Assembly (NCBI GenBank): GCA_951813615.1
Contig: OX638377.1
Location: 4,762,505-4,826,504 of the forward strand
Source of the DNA: an uncultured Latescibacterota bacterium
GTDB taxonomy: Bacteria > Latescibacterota > UBA2968 > UBA8231
Length of the DNA: 64,000 bases
Reading direction: 5' to 3'
This document shows positions 10,823 through 21,138 of this stretch, piece after piece. Numbering within the stretch: the stretch's first letter is position 1; every line of letters starts with the position of its first letter. Below the pieces are notes generated by a model. The model saw nothing but the letters and a program-made list of their open reading frames with translations, was not told the DNA's origin and searched no databases. The translations under genes and the position numbers were made by a program.

Positions 10823-11104
10823 GTGACTAAAACGACCAAGATCTTGCTGATCGCCTTCCTCGCTCTGGTGGCTTACGTGGCCTTTGGCAACAGGCTGTTC
10901 TACAAGGTGTGGCAGGAGGAGAAGACCCTAACCGAGTTGGAAACGCAGCGAGAGCGACTAGAGGCCGAAACCGACAGCTTGCGCCAAGTGCTAAAACGAC
11001 TCGAAGGCGACATCGATTTTATCGAAAAAGTCGCGCGCGAAGATCTTGGCTTGGTCAAACCGGGCGAGGTGGTCATTCCCCTGCCAGCGGAAGAGGGCGA
11101 CTGA
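10823..11104 (+). CDS. ftsB: Septum formation initiator (FtsB/DivIC family)
   Basis: N-terminal TM helix, coiled coil, IEKVAREDLGLVKPGE. Confidence 0.85.
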   Translation: MTKTTKILLIAFLALVAYVAFGNRLFYKVWQEEKTLTELETQRERLEAETDSLRQVLKRLEGDIDFIEKVAREDLGLVKPGEVVIPLPAEEGD

Positions 11105-11108
11105 CGCC

Positions 11109-11894
11109 GTGCCGCGCACTATCGTCAAAACGCGCGCCATCGTGCTGCGCACCATGCGCATGGGCGAGACCAGCAGCCTAGTGACGTTGTACGCTCAGGA
11201 GTGTGGCAAACTCAAGGCCATGGCCCGGGGTGCTCGCAAGCCCAAGAGTCGGTTCGGCGCCGCGCTCGGCCTGATGACCGAAATCCAAGCCGTCTGCTAC
11301 GTCAAAGAAACTCGCGAACTGCAAACCATGAGCGAATGCACGCTGCTCAAACCAGCGCCCGACTTATCGCAAAGCCTAGAGCGACTTTCCTTTGGCAGCG
11401 CCGCCTGCGAGTTAGTTGACCGCCTGACGATCGAGGGCGAAGGCAACCCCCGGCTTTACCAGTGCCTATCTGGGGTGTTGCATGGGCTTGCTGAAGTAGA
11501 GCCTGAACAAGTCGAATCGCTGTTCTGGTATTTCCAGCTACGCGCCGCTGCGGCCCTCGGCTACCGCCCACAGTTGAGCCAGTGCATTACCTGCCAACGC
11601 GAACTAGAATTGGCCGGCCCCTCGTCGTGGTTCAGCGCGGCCCTCGGCGGCGGCCTGTGCGCCGCCTGCGGCCCCGGAAACGGAGTGCGCTTAGCCCAGC
11701 CCAGCTTGCGCTTTCTCGCCGCCCTTCAGGGTCTTAGGACCTACAGCAAGGAGGCCCTCCCCCAAGCCCCTGCCCAGCGCGGCGAGATCCGCATGGCTTT
11801 GCGCAGCTTTCTAGAATACCACGGAGGCGAACACAGCCGGCTCAAATCGCTCGACTTTCTCGATGGCCTCAACAAGGCCGCCTTACCCGCCTAA
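11109..11894 (+). CDS. recO: DNA repair protein RecO
   Basis: AIVLRT..GETS, GKLKAMARGARKPKSRF, GYRPQLSQCITC...CAAC zinc finger. GTG start at 11109. Confidence 0.93.
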   Translation: MPRTIVKTRAIVLRTMRMGETSSLVTLYAQECGKLKAMARGARKPKSRFGAALGLMTEIQAVCYVKETRELQTMSECTLLKPAPDLSQSLERLSFGSAACELVDRLTIEGEGNPRLYQCLSGVLHGLAEVEPEQVESLFWYFQLRAAAALGYRPQLSQCITCQRELELAGPSSWFSAALGGGLCAACGPGNGVRLAQPSLRFLAALQGLRTYSKEALPQAPAQRGEIRMALRSFLEYHGGEHSRLKSLDFLDGLNKAALPA

Positions 11895-11910
11895 CCTACT
11901 GGAGATTTTC

Positions 11911-13284
11911 ATGTCCGACGATGCAATGGAAAAACTAGTATCCCTGTGCAAACGCAAAGGCTTCATCTTCCAAAGTTCGGAAATCTACGGCGGCCTCAAC
12001 GGCTGCTGGGATTACGGCCCTTTGGGCGTCGAGCTGTTGCGCAACATCAAAGAGGTCTGGTGGAAGGCCATGACCTATCGAGAGGACGTGGAGGGCATCG
12101 ACGCCAGCATCCTCATGAATCAGCGGGTGTGGGAGGCATCGGGTCACGTCGATAGCTTTACCGACCCCATGGTCGAAGATCGCAAGACCAACGAGCGCTT
12201 TCGGCTCGACCAACTCCTCGAAGAAAACGGCATCGACGTAGCGGGCCTGAGCGCCGAAGAAATGGGCACGCTGCTGCGCGAGCGCGACATCAAAAGCCCC
12301 AAGGGCAACGAACTGAGCGATCCGCGACAATTCAACCTAATGTTCAAGACCTTCGTCGGCCCGCTCGAAGACGATAGTGCACGGGTCTTTCTCCGCCCGG
12401 AGACGGCGCAGGGTATTTTTGTCAACTACCTCAACGTGCAGGCGGCGACGCGCCAGAAACTGCCCTTTGGCATCGCCCAGATCGGCAAGGCATTCCGCAA
12501 CGAGATCAACACCAAAAACTTCCTCTTCCGCACGCGGGAATTCGAGCAGATGGAGATGCAGTACTTCGTCGCGCCGGGCACCCAAGACGAGTGGTTCGAC
12601 TATTGGCGAGCAGAGCGCTGGAAGTGGTTCGCGCAAATCGGCCTGCCCGAGCGCAAGCTGAGCTGGCACGAACACCAAGGCGACGAGTTGGCCCACTATG
12701 CCCGCGCCGCCTTCGACGTCCAGTACGAGTTTCCCTTTGGCCCGGGCGAAATTGAGGGCATCCACAATCGCGGCGACTACGACCTGTCGCAGCACGAGGC
12801 GTTTGCGGGCAAACAACTCAAGTACTTCGACGAAGAGCAGCGCACCAAGTTCGTGCCCTACGTAGTAGAAACCTCAATCGGGGCCAGCCGCACGCTAATG
12901 GCCTGCTTAGTCCAGGCCTACCACGAAGAAGAGGTCAAAGGCGAGACGCGGGTAGTAATGCGCTTTCACCCGCGCATCGCGCCGATCAAAGCGGCGGTAT
13001 TGCCTCTCGTCAAGCGCGACGGCATGCCGGCCATCGCCCGGCAAATCGCCGAGGACCTCCGGCCTTACATGCGGGTCCTTTACGACGAAGGCGGCGCGAT
13101 CGGGCGGCGCTACCGGCGCATGGACGAGGTGGGGACGCCGTTTTGCCTAACAGTCGATTCGGATACCTTAGAGGACCAGACGGTCACTGTGCGCGCTCGC
13201 GACACCATGGCCCAGGAGCGAGTGCCCATCGCAGAGCTACACGCCCACCTTGAAAGCCGCATAGACGCTTGGCAAATCCCTTGA
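11911..13284 (+). CDS. glyQS: Glycine--tRNA ligase (alpha2 homodimeric type)
   Basis: SSEIYGG, DYGPLG, LRPETAQGIF, GKAFRNEI, FRTREFEQME, IGRRYRRMDEVGTPF. ATG 11911 follows GGAG. Confidence 0.96.
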   Translation: MSDDAMEKLVSLCKRKGFIFQSSEIYGGLNGCWDYGPLGVELLRNIKEVWWKAMTYREDVEGIDASILMNQRVWEASGHVDSFTDPMVEDRKTNERFRLDQLLEENGIDVAGLSAEEMGTLLRERDIKSPKGNELSDPRQFNLMFKTFVGPLEDDSARVFLRPETAQGIFVNYLNVQAATRQKLPFGIAQIGKAFRNEINTKNFLFRTREFEQMEMQYFVAPGTQDEWFDYWRAERWKWFAQIGLPERKLSWHEHQGDELAHYARAAFDVQYEFPFGPGEIEGIHNRGDYDLSQHEAFAGKQLKYFDEEQRTKFVPYVVETSIGASRTLMACLVQAYHEEEVKGETRVVMRFHPRIAPIKAAVLPLVKRDGMPAIARQIAEDLRPYMRVLYDEGGAIGRRYRRMDEVGTPFCLTVDSDTLEDQTVTVRARDTMAQERVPIAELHAHLESRIDAWQIP

Positions 13285-13310
13285 CCCGATAGTATAAATC
13301 CTGATATTAT
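13281..13310 (+). promoter_or_regulatory. Sigma70-like promoter for tRNA-Leu/tig
   Basis: TTGACC-18nt-TATTAT with extended -10 TG. Confidence 0.55.
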
Positions 13311-13361
13311 CCTTCGCGCTTAGGATGTAATTCTCCCATTTGCAGATCTTCGCCCGGTATA

Positions 13362-13448
13362 GCGAAAGTGGCGGAACTGGTAGACGCGCTAGATTTAGGA
13401 TCTAGTGCCCGAAAGGGCATGGGGGTTCGAGTCCCCCCTTTCGCACCA
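13362..13448 (+). tRNA. tRNA-Leu (anticodon TAG)
   Basis: Acceptor GCGAAAG/CTTTCGC+ACCA, D-loop CTGGTAGAC, anticodon arm CTAGA-TTTAGGA-TCTAG, long variable arm TGCCCGAAAGGGCA, T-arm GGGGG-TTCGAGT-CCCCC. Confidence 0.97.
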
Positions 13449-13512
13449 TGTAATAAACGAGCGCACTGCCTGCGGTCCGGTGGTGCGACCTAACCTTGTA
13501 GAGTTGCGTTTC

Positions 13513-14757
13513 GTGAAAACACAAATCACAGAGAAGGGCCAATGGGCACGCGAGCTAGCCGTTGAAGTGGAGGCCGCACGCATCGACGAGGCCGTCAATA
13601 AGGCCCTGCGCCGCTACCAAAAACGGCTGGAGATCCCAGGCTTCCGCAAGGGCAAAGTACCGCTCAGGATCGTCGAATCACGCTTCGGCAGTTCCATCCG
13701 CGGCGAAGTCCTCGGCGATCTCATCCCCTCGCTGCTAGAAGAAGCCGCACGCGAGGCCGGCCTGCGACCGGCTGCACCGCCCAAAATCTCCCAACTCGAC
13801 CACGAGCCGGGGGGTAGCCTAACGTTCACTGCGGAGCTCGACATCTGGCCTGAGATCACAGCCGAGCACTACGAAAATCTCGCCGCCACCCGCATGGTTC
13901 ATGAGGTGGCCGACGAGGAAATCGGCGAGCATTTAGAGGAGTTGCGCCGCCGCCATGCCACCGAACAAGTCGTCGAGCGGCCGCTGGCCAACGGCGACGT
14001 GCTCGTCGCGGATTTGCAGCGCCTCGACGACAGCGGCTTGCCCGTCATCGGCGATAAGTACGAGAAGCGCCACATCCTCATCGGCGACGAGAACGCCCTC
14101 AGTCCCGAGTTTGAAGAGGCACTCGTCGGCATCAGCGCTGGCGACGAGCGCCAAGTCCGCTTCGCCTACCGCGAGGACCTGCCCAACGAACAGCTCGCCG
14201 GCCAGACCGCGCATTTCGCCGTGTCAGCCCACGAGGTGCGCGAACGCACCCTGCCTGAGCTCGACGACGAATTCGCCAAAGACCTCGGCGAACAGTTCCA
14301 GACCCTCGACGACTTGCGCCAACACCTCAGCGGACAGATCCAAGAGCGCTGGGAATACATGGCCCAGCAGCGCCTGCGCAGCGAGCTAATCAGTCAGCTC
14401 ATCGAAAAAAACGACTTCGAACTGCCCGAGAGCATGGTCGAAAACTACCTCCATTCGCTCGAACGAGAACACGCCAATCACGACCACGACCACGACCATG
14501 ATCACGACCACAGCCACAGCGACGAAGAGCGCACCCAAGCCACGCGCCAACTCAAGAGCTATCTACTGCTCGAAAGCGTGCGCCAACAAGCCGGGGTCGA
14601 AGTGACAGACGAGGAGTTCACCCAATTCGCCGCCGAGCGTGCCGGCATCCAACCCTCTGACTTGCAGAACGTGGAGGGATTGCGGCGAGAGCTAGAAGAT
14701 CAAAAGGTCTTTGAGCTACTCCTCGCCAAAGCCAAAATTAAAGAGGAAAAGGTATAA
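13513..14757 (+). CDS. tig: Trigger factor
   Basis: [10 protein letters not shown] ribosome-binding motif, FKBP-like middle domain, [10 protein letters not shown], position before clpP. GTG 13513 chosen because the ORF-track start lies inside the tRNA. Confidence 0.93.
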   Translation: MKTQITEKGQWARELAVEVEAARIDEAVNKALRRYQKRLEIPGFRKGKVPLRIVESRFGSSIRGEVLGDLIPSLLEEAAREAGLRPAAPPKISQLDHEPGGSLTFTAELDIWPEITAEHYENLAATRMVHEVADEEIGEHLEELRRRHATEQVVERPLANGDVLVADLQRLDDSGLPVIGDKYEKRHILIGDENALSPEFEEALVGISAGDERQVRFAYREDLPNEQLAGQTAHFAVSAHEVRERTLPELDDEFAKDLGEQFQTLDDLRQHLSGQIQERWEYMAQQRLRSELISQLIEKNDFELPESMVENYLHSLEREHANHDHDHDHDHDHSHSDEERTQATRQLKSYLLLESVRQQAGVEVTDEEFTQFAAERAGIQPSDLQNVEGLRRELEDQKVFELLLAKAKIKEEKV

Positions 14758-14759
14758 TC

Positions 14760-15368
14760 ATGTCGCTGATTCCAATGGTCATCGAACAGACGGGCCGGGG
14801 CGAGCGCTCATACGACATCTACTCGCGGCTGCTCAAAGACCGCATCATCTTCGTGGGCACTCCGATCAACGACGCGATTGCCAACCTCATCATCGCCCAG
14901 ATGCTCTTCCTCGCTTCTGAAGATCCCAAAAAGGACATTGCGCTCTATCTCAATACCCCCGGCGGGCTAGTCTCGGCGGGCATGGCCATCTACGACACCA
15001 TGCAATACGTGGCCTCCGACATCTCCACGATCTGCATCGGCCAAGCATCTAGCATGGGAGCCGTGTTATTGGCCGGTGGCACCAAGGGCAAGCGCCAAGC
15101 CCTGCCCAACGCCCGCGTCTTGCTGCACCAGCCCATGGGCGGGATCGGCGGCCAAGCGGCCGACATGGAGATCCACGCCCGCGAAATCATCGCCATGCGC
15201 CAGCAGATCAACGAGGTCCTCGTCGAGTGTACCGAGCAGCCGCTAGAGCGCATTGAACTCGACACCGAGCGCGACTTCTTTATGTCAGCCGCTGCCGCCG
15301 TCGAATACGGCATCATCGACGAGATCATCGCTCCCTCTCGCGTCGAGGTAGCCACCTCCTCTATATAG
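14760..15368 (+). CDS. clpP: ATP-dependent Clp protease proteolytic subunit
   Basis: [44 protein letters not shown]. Confidence 0.97.
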   Translation: MSLIPMVIEQTGRGERSYDIYSRLLKDRIIFVGTPINDAIANLIIAQMLFLASEDPKKDIALYLNTPGGLVSAGMAIYDTMQYVASDISTICIGQASSMGAVLLAGGTKGKRQALPNARVLLHQPMGGIGGQAADMEIHAREIIAMRQQINEVLVECTEQPLERIELDTERDFFMSAAAAVEYGIIDEIIAPSRVEVATSSI

Positions 15369-15377
15369 GAGCCCATT

Positions 15378-16628
15378 TTGCGTCGTCGGCCTCCCAAAAG
15401 CGATCCGCGCTGCTCGTTCTGCGGGCGCAGTGACAACCAAGTTGACAAGATCCTAACCGGCCCCCAGGTCTACATCTGCAACGAGTGCGTCAAGCTGTGC
15501 AACGACGTACTGACCGAAGAGCGGCAAAAGACCCTTCCCTGGGAGACCGAGGAAATGCCCAAGCCGACCCAGATCAAGGATTTCCTCGACGAATACGTGA
15601 TTGCTCAAGAGCGGGCCAAGAAAATCCTCTCGGTCGCCGTGTACAACCACTACAAGCGCATTCGCACCAAGGTTGACCTAGACGAGGTGGAGCTCGAAAA
15701 AAGCAACGTAATGCTCATCGGCCCCACTGGCACTGGCAAGACCGAGCTAGCCAAAACGCTCGCCAAATTCCTCCAAGTTCCCTTCTCCATTGCCGACGCC
15801 ACCATTCTCACCGAAGCAGGCTACGTGGGCGAGGACGTGGAAAACATCCTCGTCGGCCTTTTGCAAGCGGCCGATTACGACGTGCCCCGCGCCGAAAAGG
15901 GCATCCTCTATCTCGACGAGGTTGACAAAATAGCCCGCAAGAGTGCCACGCCTTCGGTGGGCCGCGACGTGTCGGGCGAGGGTGTGCAGCAAGCACTGCT
16001 CAAAATTTTGGAGGGCACCACCGCCAACATCCCGCCCAAGGGAGGCCGCAAGCACCCTGAGCAGCCGATGATCCAGATGGATACCCGCAACATCCTTTTC
16101 GTCTGCGGCGGGGCCTTTGAGGGGCTAGACAAGGTCATCAGCCAACGGGTCGGCAAACGCACCATGGGCTTTGGGGCCGACGGCGACGACGAGCACGACT
16201 CCGACACTCCAGAGGTATTGCCGCTGGTGCAGCCCGAAGATCTGCTCGCCTACGGCATGATTCCCGAATTTGTTGGCCGCGTACCGGTCATCACCACTAT
16301 GGACCCGCTCGTCGAGAACGACTTGTTCCGCATCCTCACCGAGCCGCACGACGCCATCATCAAGCAGTCGCAGCGGCTCTTCGCCATGGACGGGGTCGAG
16401 GTCGAGTTCACCGAGGAAGCCCTGCGCAAGATAGTAGCCCTGACCGTTCACAAGGGGACTGGGGCCCGCGGCTTGCGCTCCGTTCTAGAGCAGGCCATGA
16501 TGGACATCATGTTCGATATTCCCTCGCAGGAGGGCGTGACGCGCCTGCAAGTTACGGGCGAGATGATCGAGCGCGGGATCGAACAGTACAGCAGCGAAGA
16601 CGAAGAGATACAGCGCAAACGCGCCTGA
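15378..16628 (+). CDS. clpX: Clp protease ATP-binding subunit ClpX
   Basis: CSFC..ICNECV zinc finger, [36 protein letters not shown]. Confidence 0.97.
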   Translation: MRRRPPKSDPRCSFCGRSDNQVDKILTGPQVYICNECVKLCNDVLTEERQKTLPWETEEMPKPTQIKDFLDEYVIAQERAKKILSVAVYNHYKRIRTKVDLDEVELEKSNVMLIGPTGTGKTELAKTLAKFLQVPFSIADATILTEAGYVGEDVENILVGLLQAADYDVPRAEKGILYLDEVDKIARKSATPSVGRDVSGEGVQQALLKILEGTTANIPPKGGRKHPEQPMIQMDTRNILFVCGGAFEGLDKVISQRVGKRTMGFGADGDDEHDSDTPEVLPLVQPEDLLAYGMIPEFVGRVPVITTMDPLVENDLFRILTEPHDAIIKQSQRLFAMDGVEVEFTEEALRKIVALTVHKGTGARGLRSVLEQAMMDIMFDIPSQEGVTRLQVTGEMIERGIEQYSSEDEEIQRKRA

Positions 16629-16641
16629 TCTCCCAGCTCCG

Positions 16642-17238
16642 GTGATGCGCTTTTCGTCTGTCGAATTCAAAATTGGTGCCGTCCGCACGGCCGATTTGCC
16701 CAAGGACGGCTTGCCCGAAATCGCCTTAGTGGGCCGCTCCAACGTCGGCAAGTCCTCGCTGATCAACAGGTTGGTGCGGCGTAAGAAGCTAGCGCGCACC
16801 AGCACCGTACCCGGCAAGACTCAGCAGTTAAACTACTATCTGGCCAACGAACAGTTCTACTTGGTCGATCTGCCTGGCTATGGGTACGTGCGCGGCGGCG
16901 TGGGCTTGCGCTTACAGCTCGGCCAACTCATCCGCAGCTACATGGCCAACCGCGAGCCACTGTGCGCAGTGTTGCAACTCGTCGATGCCCGGCGCGGCCC
17001 CACCGACTTGGACCAACAAATGATCAACCATTTGCGCGAACTCGATAAGCCCTTCCTGTTGGTCTTTACCAAGGCGGACAAACTGTCGCGCAATAAGCTG
17101 CAACACCTGTTCGACCAGCTCGATACTCAAGGGTCGCTCGCCGGCCTTTCCTTTGTGCCCTTCTCCGCGGTCGATGGCCGCGGGCAGGACGACATTACAG
17201 GGTGGATCGCCGAGGCGCTAGTCGGCAACGCAACCTAA
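16642..17238 (+). CDS. engB: GTP-binding protein EngB/YihA/YsxC
   Basis: GRSNVGKSSLIN, PGKTQ, DLPGYG, TKADK. Confidence 0.95.
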   Translation: MMRFSSVEFKIGAVRTADLPKDGLPEIALVGRSNVGKSSLINRLVRRKKLARTSTVPGKTQQLNYYLANEQFYLVDLPGYGYVRGGVGLRLQLGQLIRSYMANREPLCAVLQLVDARRGPTDLDQQMINHLRELDKPFLLVFTKADKLSRNKLQHLFDQLDTQGSLAGLSFVPFSAVDGRGQDDITGWIAEALVGNAT

Positions 17239-17247
17239 AGAGGACCT

Positions 17248-18828
17248 TTGAAAGTACTGATCAGCGACAAGATGGACCCCCGTTGCGTCGAGATTCTTGA
17301 AGCCAATGACGGGATCGCAGTGGACGTGCGCAGTGGACTGTCGCCGAGTGCGCTCTTAGACTGCATCGGCGACTACGAGGGACTCATCGTGCGCAGCGCA
17401 ACCACGGTGACGGCCGAGGTGCTCGCCGCGGCACCGCGCCTCCGGGTCATTGGCCGCGCCGGCACGGGCTTCGACAACATCGACGTAGAGGCGGCAACGC
17501 GCCACGGCGTCATCGTCATGAATACCCCGGGCGGCAATTCCCTATCGACCGCCGAGCACACCTTCGCGCTCATAGCCTCCCTCGCGCGACACATCCCACA
17601 GGCGACGGTCACGCTTAAAGAGGGGCTGTGGGAGCGGAGCCAATTCGTCGGCGTCGAGCTAGCCGGCAAGACCCTCGCCGTGATCGGCTTGGGCCGAGTG
17701 GGGAGGGAGGTGGCCGCGCGCGCCGCGGCCTTTCGCATGAAGGTCCTCGGCTACGATCCCTACATCGGTCAAGAGATGGCCCTCTCCTACGGCGCACACC
17801 TAACATCCCTCGACGAAATCTACGCTACCGCAGACTTCATCACGGTCCACACCCATCTTAGCGACCAGACCCGGCACCTGATTTCCGACGCCGAGATCGC
17901 TCAGTGCAAAGACGGGGTCTATCTAATCAACTGCGCCCGTGGCGGCATCATTGACGAGGAAGCCCTCCTACGCGGCTTGACCTCGGGCAAGGTCGCCGGT
18001 GCCGCCTTAGACGTCTTCGAGGAGGAGCCGCCGACCCTCGTGGACCTCTTGGTTGACGACCGCGTAATCTGCACGCCGCACTTGGCGGCCTCCACCAAGG
18101 AAGCCCAAGCCAACGTCGCCTTGCAGGTGGCCGAGCAGGTCGGCGACGTGCTGATGGGCCGCGTCATTCGCAACGCGGTCAACGCCCCTTCGGTCGATCC
18201 CGAAATCCACGGCAAACTCCAGCCTTACCTCGTGCTGGCCGAGCGGCTAGGTCGCCTACAAGCCCAACTCGGCGAGGGACAGCTAGAGCGCATCACCATC
18301 GAATACCAAGGCGACATCACCGCCTACCCGACCTCGCCGCTGACCTCGGCCGTGCTCAAGGGCATTATGGAAACCGTCTCGGACGCCGCGGTCAACGTGG
18401 TCAATGCGCTGCTTTTCGCGCAGGAGCGCGGCGTGCAAGTCGATGAGCGGATCAGCAGCGAGCACGAGGACTACGCCAGCCTCATCACCGTGGTATATCA
18501 CACCAACAAGGGGCAGCGCCTGCTCGCGGGCACGATCTTCGGCAAGAGCGACCCGCGCCTCGTGCACCTCGACGAGTACATTTTCGACGCCGTCCCAGAG
18601 GGACACATGCTCTTTTACATTAACGACGATGTCCCGGGCATCATCGGCCAAATCGGCACGGTCATGGGCAGCCACGCCGTCAACATCGCCCAAATGTCGT
18701 GCGGCCGTCGCCAAATGGGCGGCCAAGCTCTAACCATCCTCAACGTCGATGACCCGATTACTACCGACGTGGTTGACGATATTCTCTCCCGGGAGTACAT
18801 CTCCTGGGCCAAACAAGTCAGTCTTTAA
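17248..18828 (+). CDS. serA: D-3-phosphoglycerate dehydrogenase (with ASB and ACT domains)
   Basis: GRAGTGFDNID, GLGRVG, INCARGG, TPHLAAST, C-terminal NDDVPGIIG. Confidence 0.95.
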   Translation: MKVLISDKMDPRCVEILEANDGIAVDVRSGLSPSALLDCIGDYEGLIVRSATTVTAEVLAAAPRLRVIGRAGTGFDNIDVEAATRHGVIVMNTPGGNSLSTAEHTFALIASLARHIPQATVTLKEGLWERSQFVGVELAGKTLAVIGLGRVGREVAARAAAFRMKVLGYDPYIGQEMALSYGAHLTSLDEIYATADFITVHTHLSDQTRHLISDAEIAQCKDGVYLINCARGGIIDEEALLRGLTSGKVAGAALDVFEEEPPTLVDLLVDDRVICTPHLAASTKEAQANVALQVAEQVGDVLMGRVIRNAVNAPSVDPEIHGKLQPYLVLAERLGRLQAQLGEGQLERITIEYQGDITAYPTSPLTSAVLKGIMETVSDAAVNVVNALLFAQERGVQVDERISSEHEDYASLITVVYHTNKGQRLLAGTIFGKSDPRLVHLDEYIFDAVPEGHMLFYINDDVPGIIGQIGTVMGSHAVNIAQMSCGRRQMGGQALTILNVDDPITTDVVDDILSREYISWAKQVSL

Positions 18829-18843
18829 GCACGGGAGTACACA

Positions 18844-20124
18844 ATGCCCGCAAACATAGTATTAGGAGCGCAGTGGGGCGACGAGGGCAAGGCCAAAGTC
18901 GTCGATTACCTCACGTCCGCCGCCGATGTGGTGGTGCGCTATCAAGGAGGGGCCAACGCCGGCCACACAGTCGTCACCGGCGACACGGAGTTCATTTTCC
19001 ACGCCATTCCCTCGGGTATCATGCACGAGGGTAAAATCTGCGTGGTGGGCAACGGGGTGGTCGTAGATCCAGCCGTCATGCTCGATGAGATCGCCGAGTT
19101 GGAGGCCAAGGGCTTTTCCGTAGCCAACCGCTTCTTCCTCAGCCAAGTTGCCCACGTCGTAATGCCCTACCACAAGGTCTTGGAAAAGGCCGGAGAAGAG
19201 AGCGAGACCAGCGTCGCCATCGGCACGACCGGCCGCGGCATCGGCCCGGCGTATCGCGACAAAGTCGAGCGCAGCCACGGCGTGCGTGTCATGGATTTGC
19301 TGGACCCAGCGCGTTTGCGCGACAAGCTCCGAGCCAGCATCAGCGCCAAAAACGAAATCCTGACCAAGGTCTTCGGCCAAGAGCCGCTAGAGGCCGGCCC
19401 CATTATAGACGCGTACATCGGCTACGGCCAGCGGCTTGCCCCATACGTCGCCGACACTTCGGCTTTGCTCAACCAAGCCCTCGACCAAGGCAAAACGGTC
19501 CTCTGTGAAGGGGCACAAGGAACCTTGCTCGACATCGACCACGGCACCTATCCCTACGTCACCTCCTCGAACACCACGGCGGGCGGAGCCTGCACCGGTG
19601 CCGGCATCGGCCCGACGCGGATCGCCGAGGTCGTCGGCGTGACCAAAGCGTACACCACGCGCGTGGGCAACGGGCCTTTTCCCACTGAGTTACTCGGGGA
19701 AGAAGGCGAGCGTTTGCGCGCCTTGGGCCGCGAGTTCGGAGCCACTACCGGCCGGCCGCGACGCTGCGGCTGGTTCGACGCCGCCATCTTGCGGGTCTCG
19801 ACCCGCATCAACGGCCTGACCAGCATCGCCCTGACCCGGCTCGACATACTCGACCAATGCGAGCACCTCAAGCTGGGCATTGGCTACCGCTGCGGCGACC
19901 AAGTGCTGGAGGAATTTCCCGCCGACCCGCAGGTTCTCGAACAATGCGAGCCGATTTACGAAGAAATGGCCGGCTGGTGTGCGCCAACCACCCACGTGCG
20001 CCGCTTCGACGACCTACCGCCACAGGCGCAGGCTTACGTGAAGCGGATTGCCGAACTGAGCCGTGCGCCGGTTTCCCTGATTTCCGTAGGGCCGGAGCGC
20101 GACGCCACCATCCCCCTCGCCTGA
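18844..20124 (+). CDS. purA: Adenylosuccinate synthetase
   Basis: GAQWGDEGKAK, GGANAGHT, EGAQG, HGTYPYVTSS, GATTGRPRRCGW. Confidence 0.97.
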   Translation: MPANIVLGAQWGDEGKAKVVDYLTSAADVVVRYQGGANAGHTVVTGDTEFIFHAIPSGIMHEGKICVVGNGVVVDPAVMLDEIAELEAKGFSVANRFFLSQVAHVVMPYHKVLEKAGEESETSVAIGTTGRGIGPAYRDKVERSHGVRVMDLLDPARLRDKLRASISAKNEILTKVFGQEPLEAGPIIDAYIGYGQRLAPYVADTSALLNQALDQGKTVLCEGAQGTLLDIDHGTYPYVTSSNTTAGGACTGAGIGPTRIAEVVGVTKAYTTRVGNGPFPTELLGEEGERLRALGREFGATTGRPRRCGWFDAAILRVSTRINGLTSIALTRLDILDQCEHLKLGIGYRCGDQVLEEFPADPQVLEQCEPIYEEMAGWCAPTTHVRRFDDLPPQAQAYVKRIAELSRAPVSLISVGPERDATIPLA

Positions 20125-20127
20125 GCC

Positions 20128-21039
20128 ATGCTACTCAACCCTGCACCCGCCGAGTCCAAAGCGCACGCCTTACGCCGCCTGATGGCCGAGAAAACCCTGA
20201 CCTTGCCCGGGGCCTTCAACGCGCCCGTGGCCATGCTGGCCGAGCGCACCGGGTTTGAGGCCGTGTACATCTCCGGGGCCGGGCTGGCCAACGGCACGAC
20301 CGGCTACCCGGACGTCGGCCTGTTGGGCATGGACGAAATGGCGCGTCAAGCCGGCTACATTGCCAACGCAGTGCAAGTGCCCTGCATTTGCGATGCGGAC
20401 ACCGGGTTTGGCGAGGTCTGGCAGGTGATGCGCACGGTGCGCGCGTACGAGCGCGAGGGCTTGGCCGGGTTGCACTTAGAGGACCAAGTCATGCCCAAAC
20501 GCTGCGGGCACCTCGACGGCAAGGCCCTAATTGGGATCGAGGAGATGGAGCGCAAGATCGCCGCAGCCTGTGCGGCACGGCAAGACCCGGACTTTGTCAT
20601 CATCGCTCGCTGCGACGCCCGCGCCGTCGAGGGCTTTGAACAGAGCGTCGAGCGTGGCCAACGCTACTTGGCAGCCGGCGCCGACGCGATCTTTCCCGAA
20701 GCCATGCAAAGCGCCGGGGAATTCGCCCGCTACGCCGAGCAAGTCAAAGGTCCGCTCCTCGCCAACATGACCGAATTCGGCAAATCGCCGTACCTGTCGG
20801 TCGCGGAGTTCGCCGCCATGGGATACCGCCTCGTGATTTTCCCCATGAGCGCGTTCCGCACCATGATGAAGGCCGTCGAAGGGCTGTTCCGCGAACTCAA
20901 AGAAAAGGGCACCCTCAAGGACGCCCTCGGACAAATGCAGACGCGAGACGAACTCTACGAACTACTCGGCTACGACGAGTACACCAAACTAGATGCAGCG
21001 TTGGCCGACCGCTTTCCTGCGAACGGAGAAAATCGCTGA
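20128..21039 (+). CDS. prpB: 2-methylisocitrate lyase
   Basis: DADTGFG, EDQVMPKRCGH, LANMTEFGKSP. Confidence 0.9.
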   Translation: MLLNPAPAESKAHALRRLMAEKTLTLPGAFNAPVAMLAERTGFEAVYISGAGLANGTTGYPDVGLLGMDEMARQAGYIANAVQVPCICDADTGFGEVWQVMRTVRAYEREGLAGLHLEDQVMPKRCGHLDGKALIGIEEMERKIAAACAARQDPDFVIIARCDARAVEGFEQSVERGQRYLAAGADAIFPEAMQSAGEFARYAEQVKGPLLANMTEFGKSPYLSVAEFAAMGYRLVIFPMSAFRTMMKAVEGLFRELKEKGTLKDALGQMQTRDELYELLGYDEYTKLDAALADRFPANGENR

Positions 21040-21060
21040 ATTACTATCTGACCTTACGCA

Positions 21061-21089
21061 GTAGGGGCGACTCTGAGAGTCGCCCCTAC
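21061..21089. repeat. GTAG-type REP-like palindrome
   Basis: GTAGGGGCGACTC-TGA-GAGTCGCCCCTAC, a perfect 13-bp stem between prpB and prpC. Confidence 0.75.
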
Positions 21090-21138
21090 TATATCAAATT
21101 CGCCCACGACCAACACTTTCCATAGAGAGATCTACACA

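Noticed and set aside
13362-13448. tRNA-Leu as an island integration site
   Set aside because: No duplicated tRNA 3' end or integrase seen; followed directly by tig, a common arrangement.
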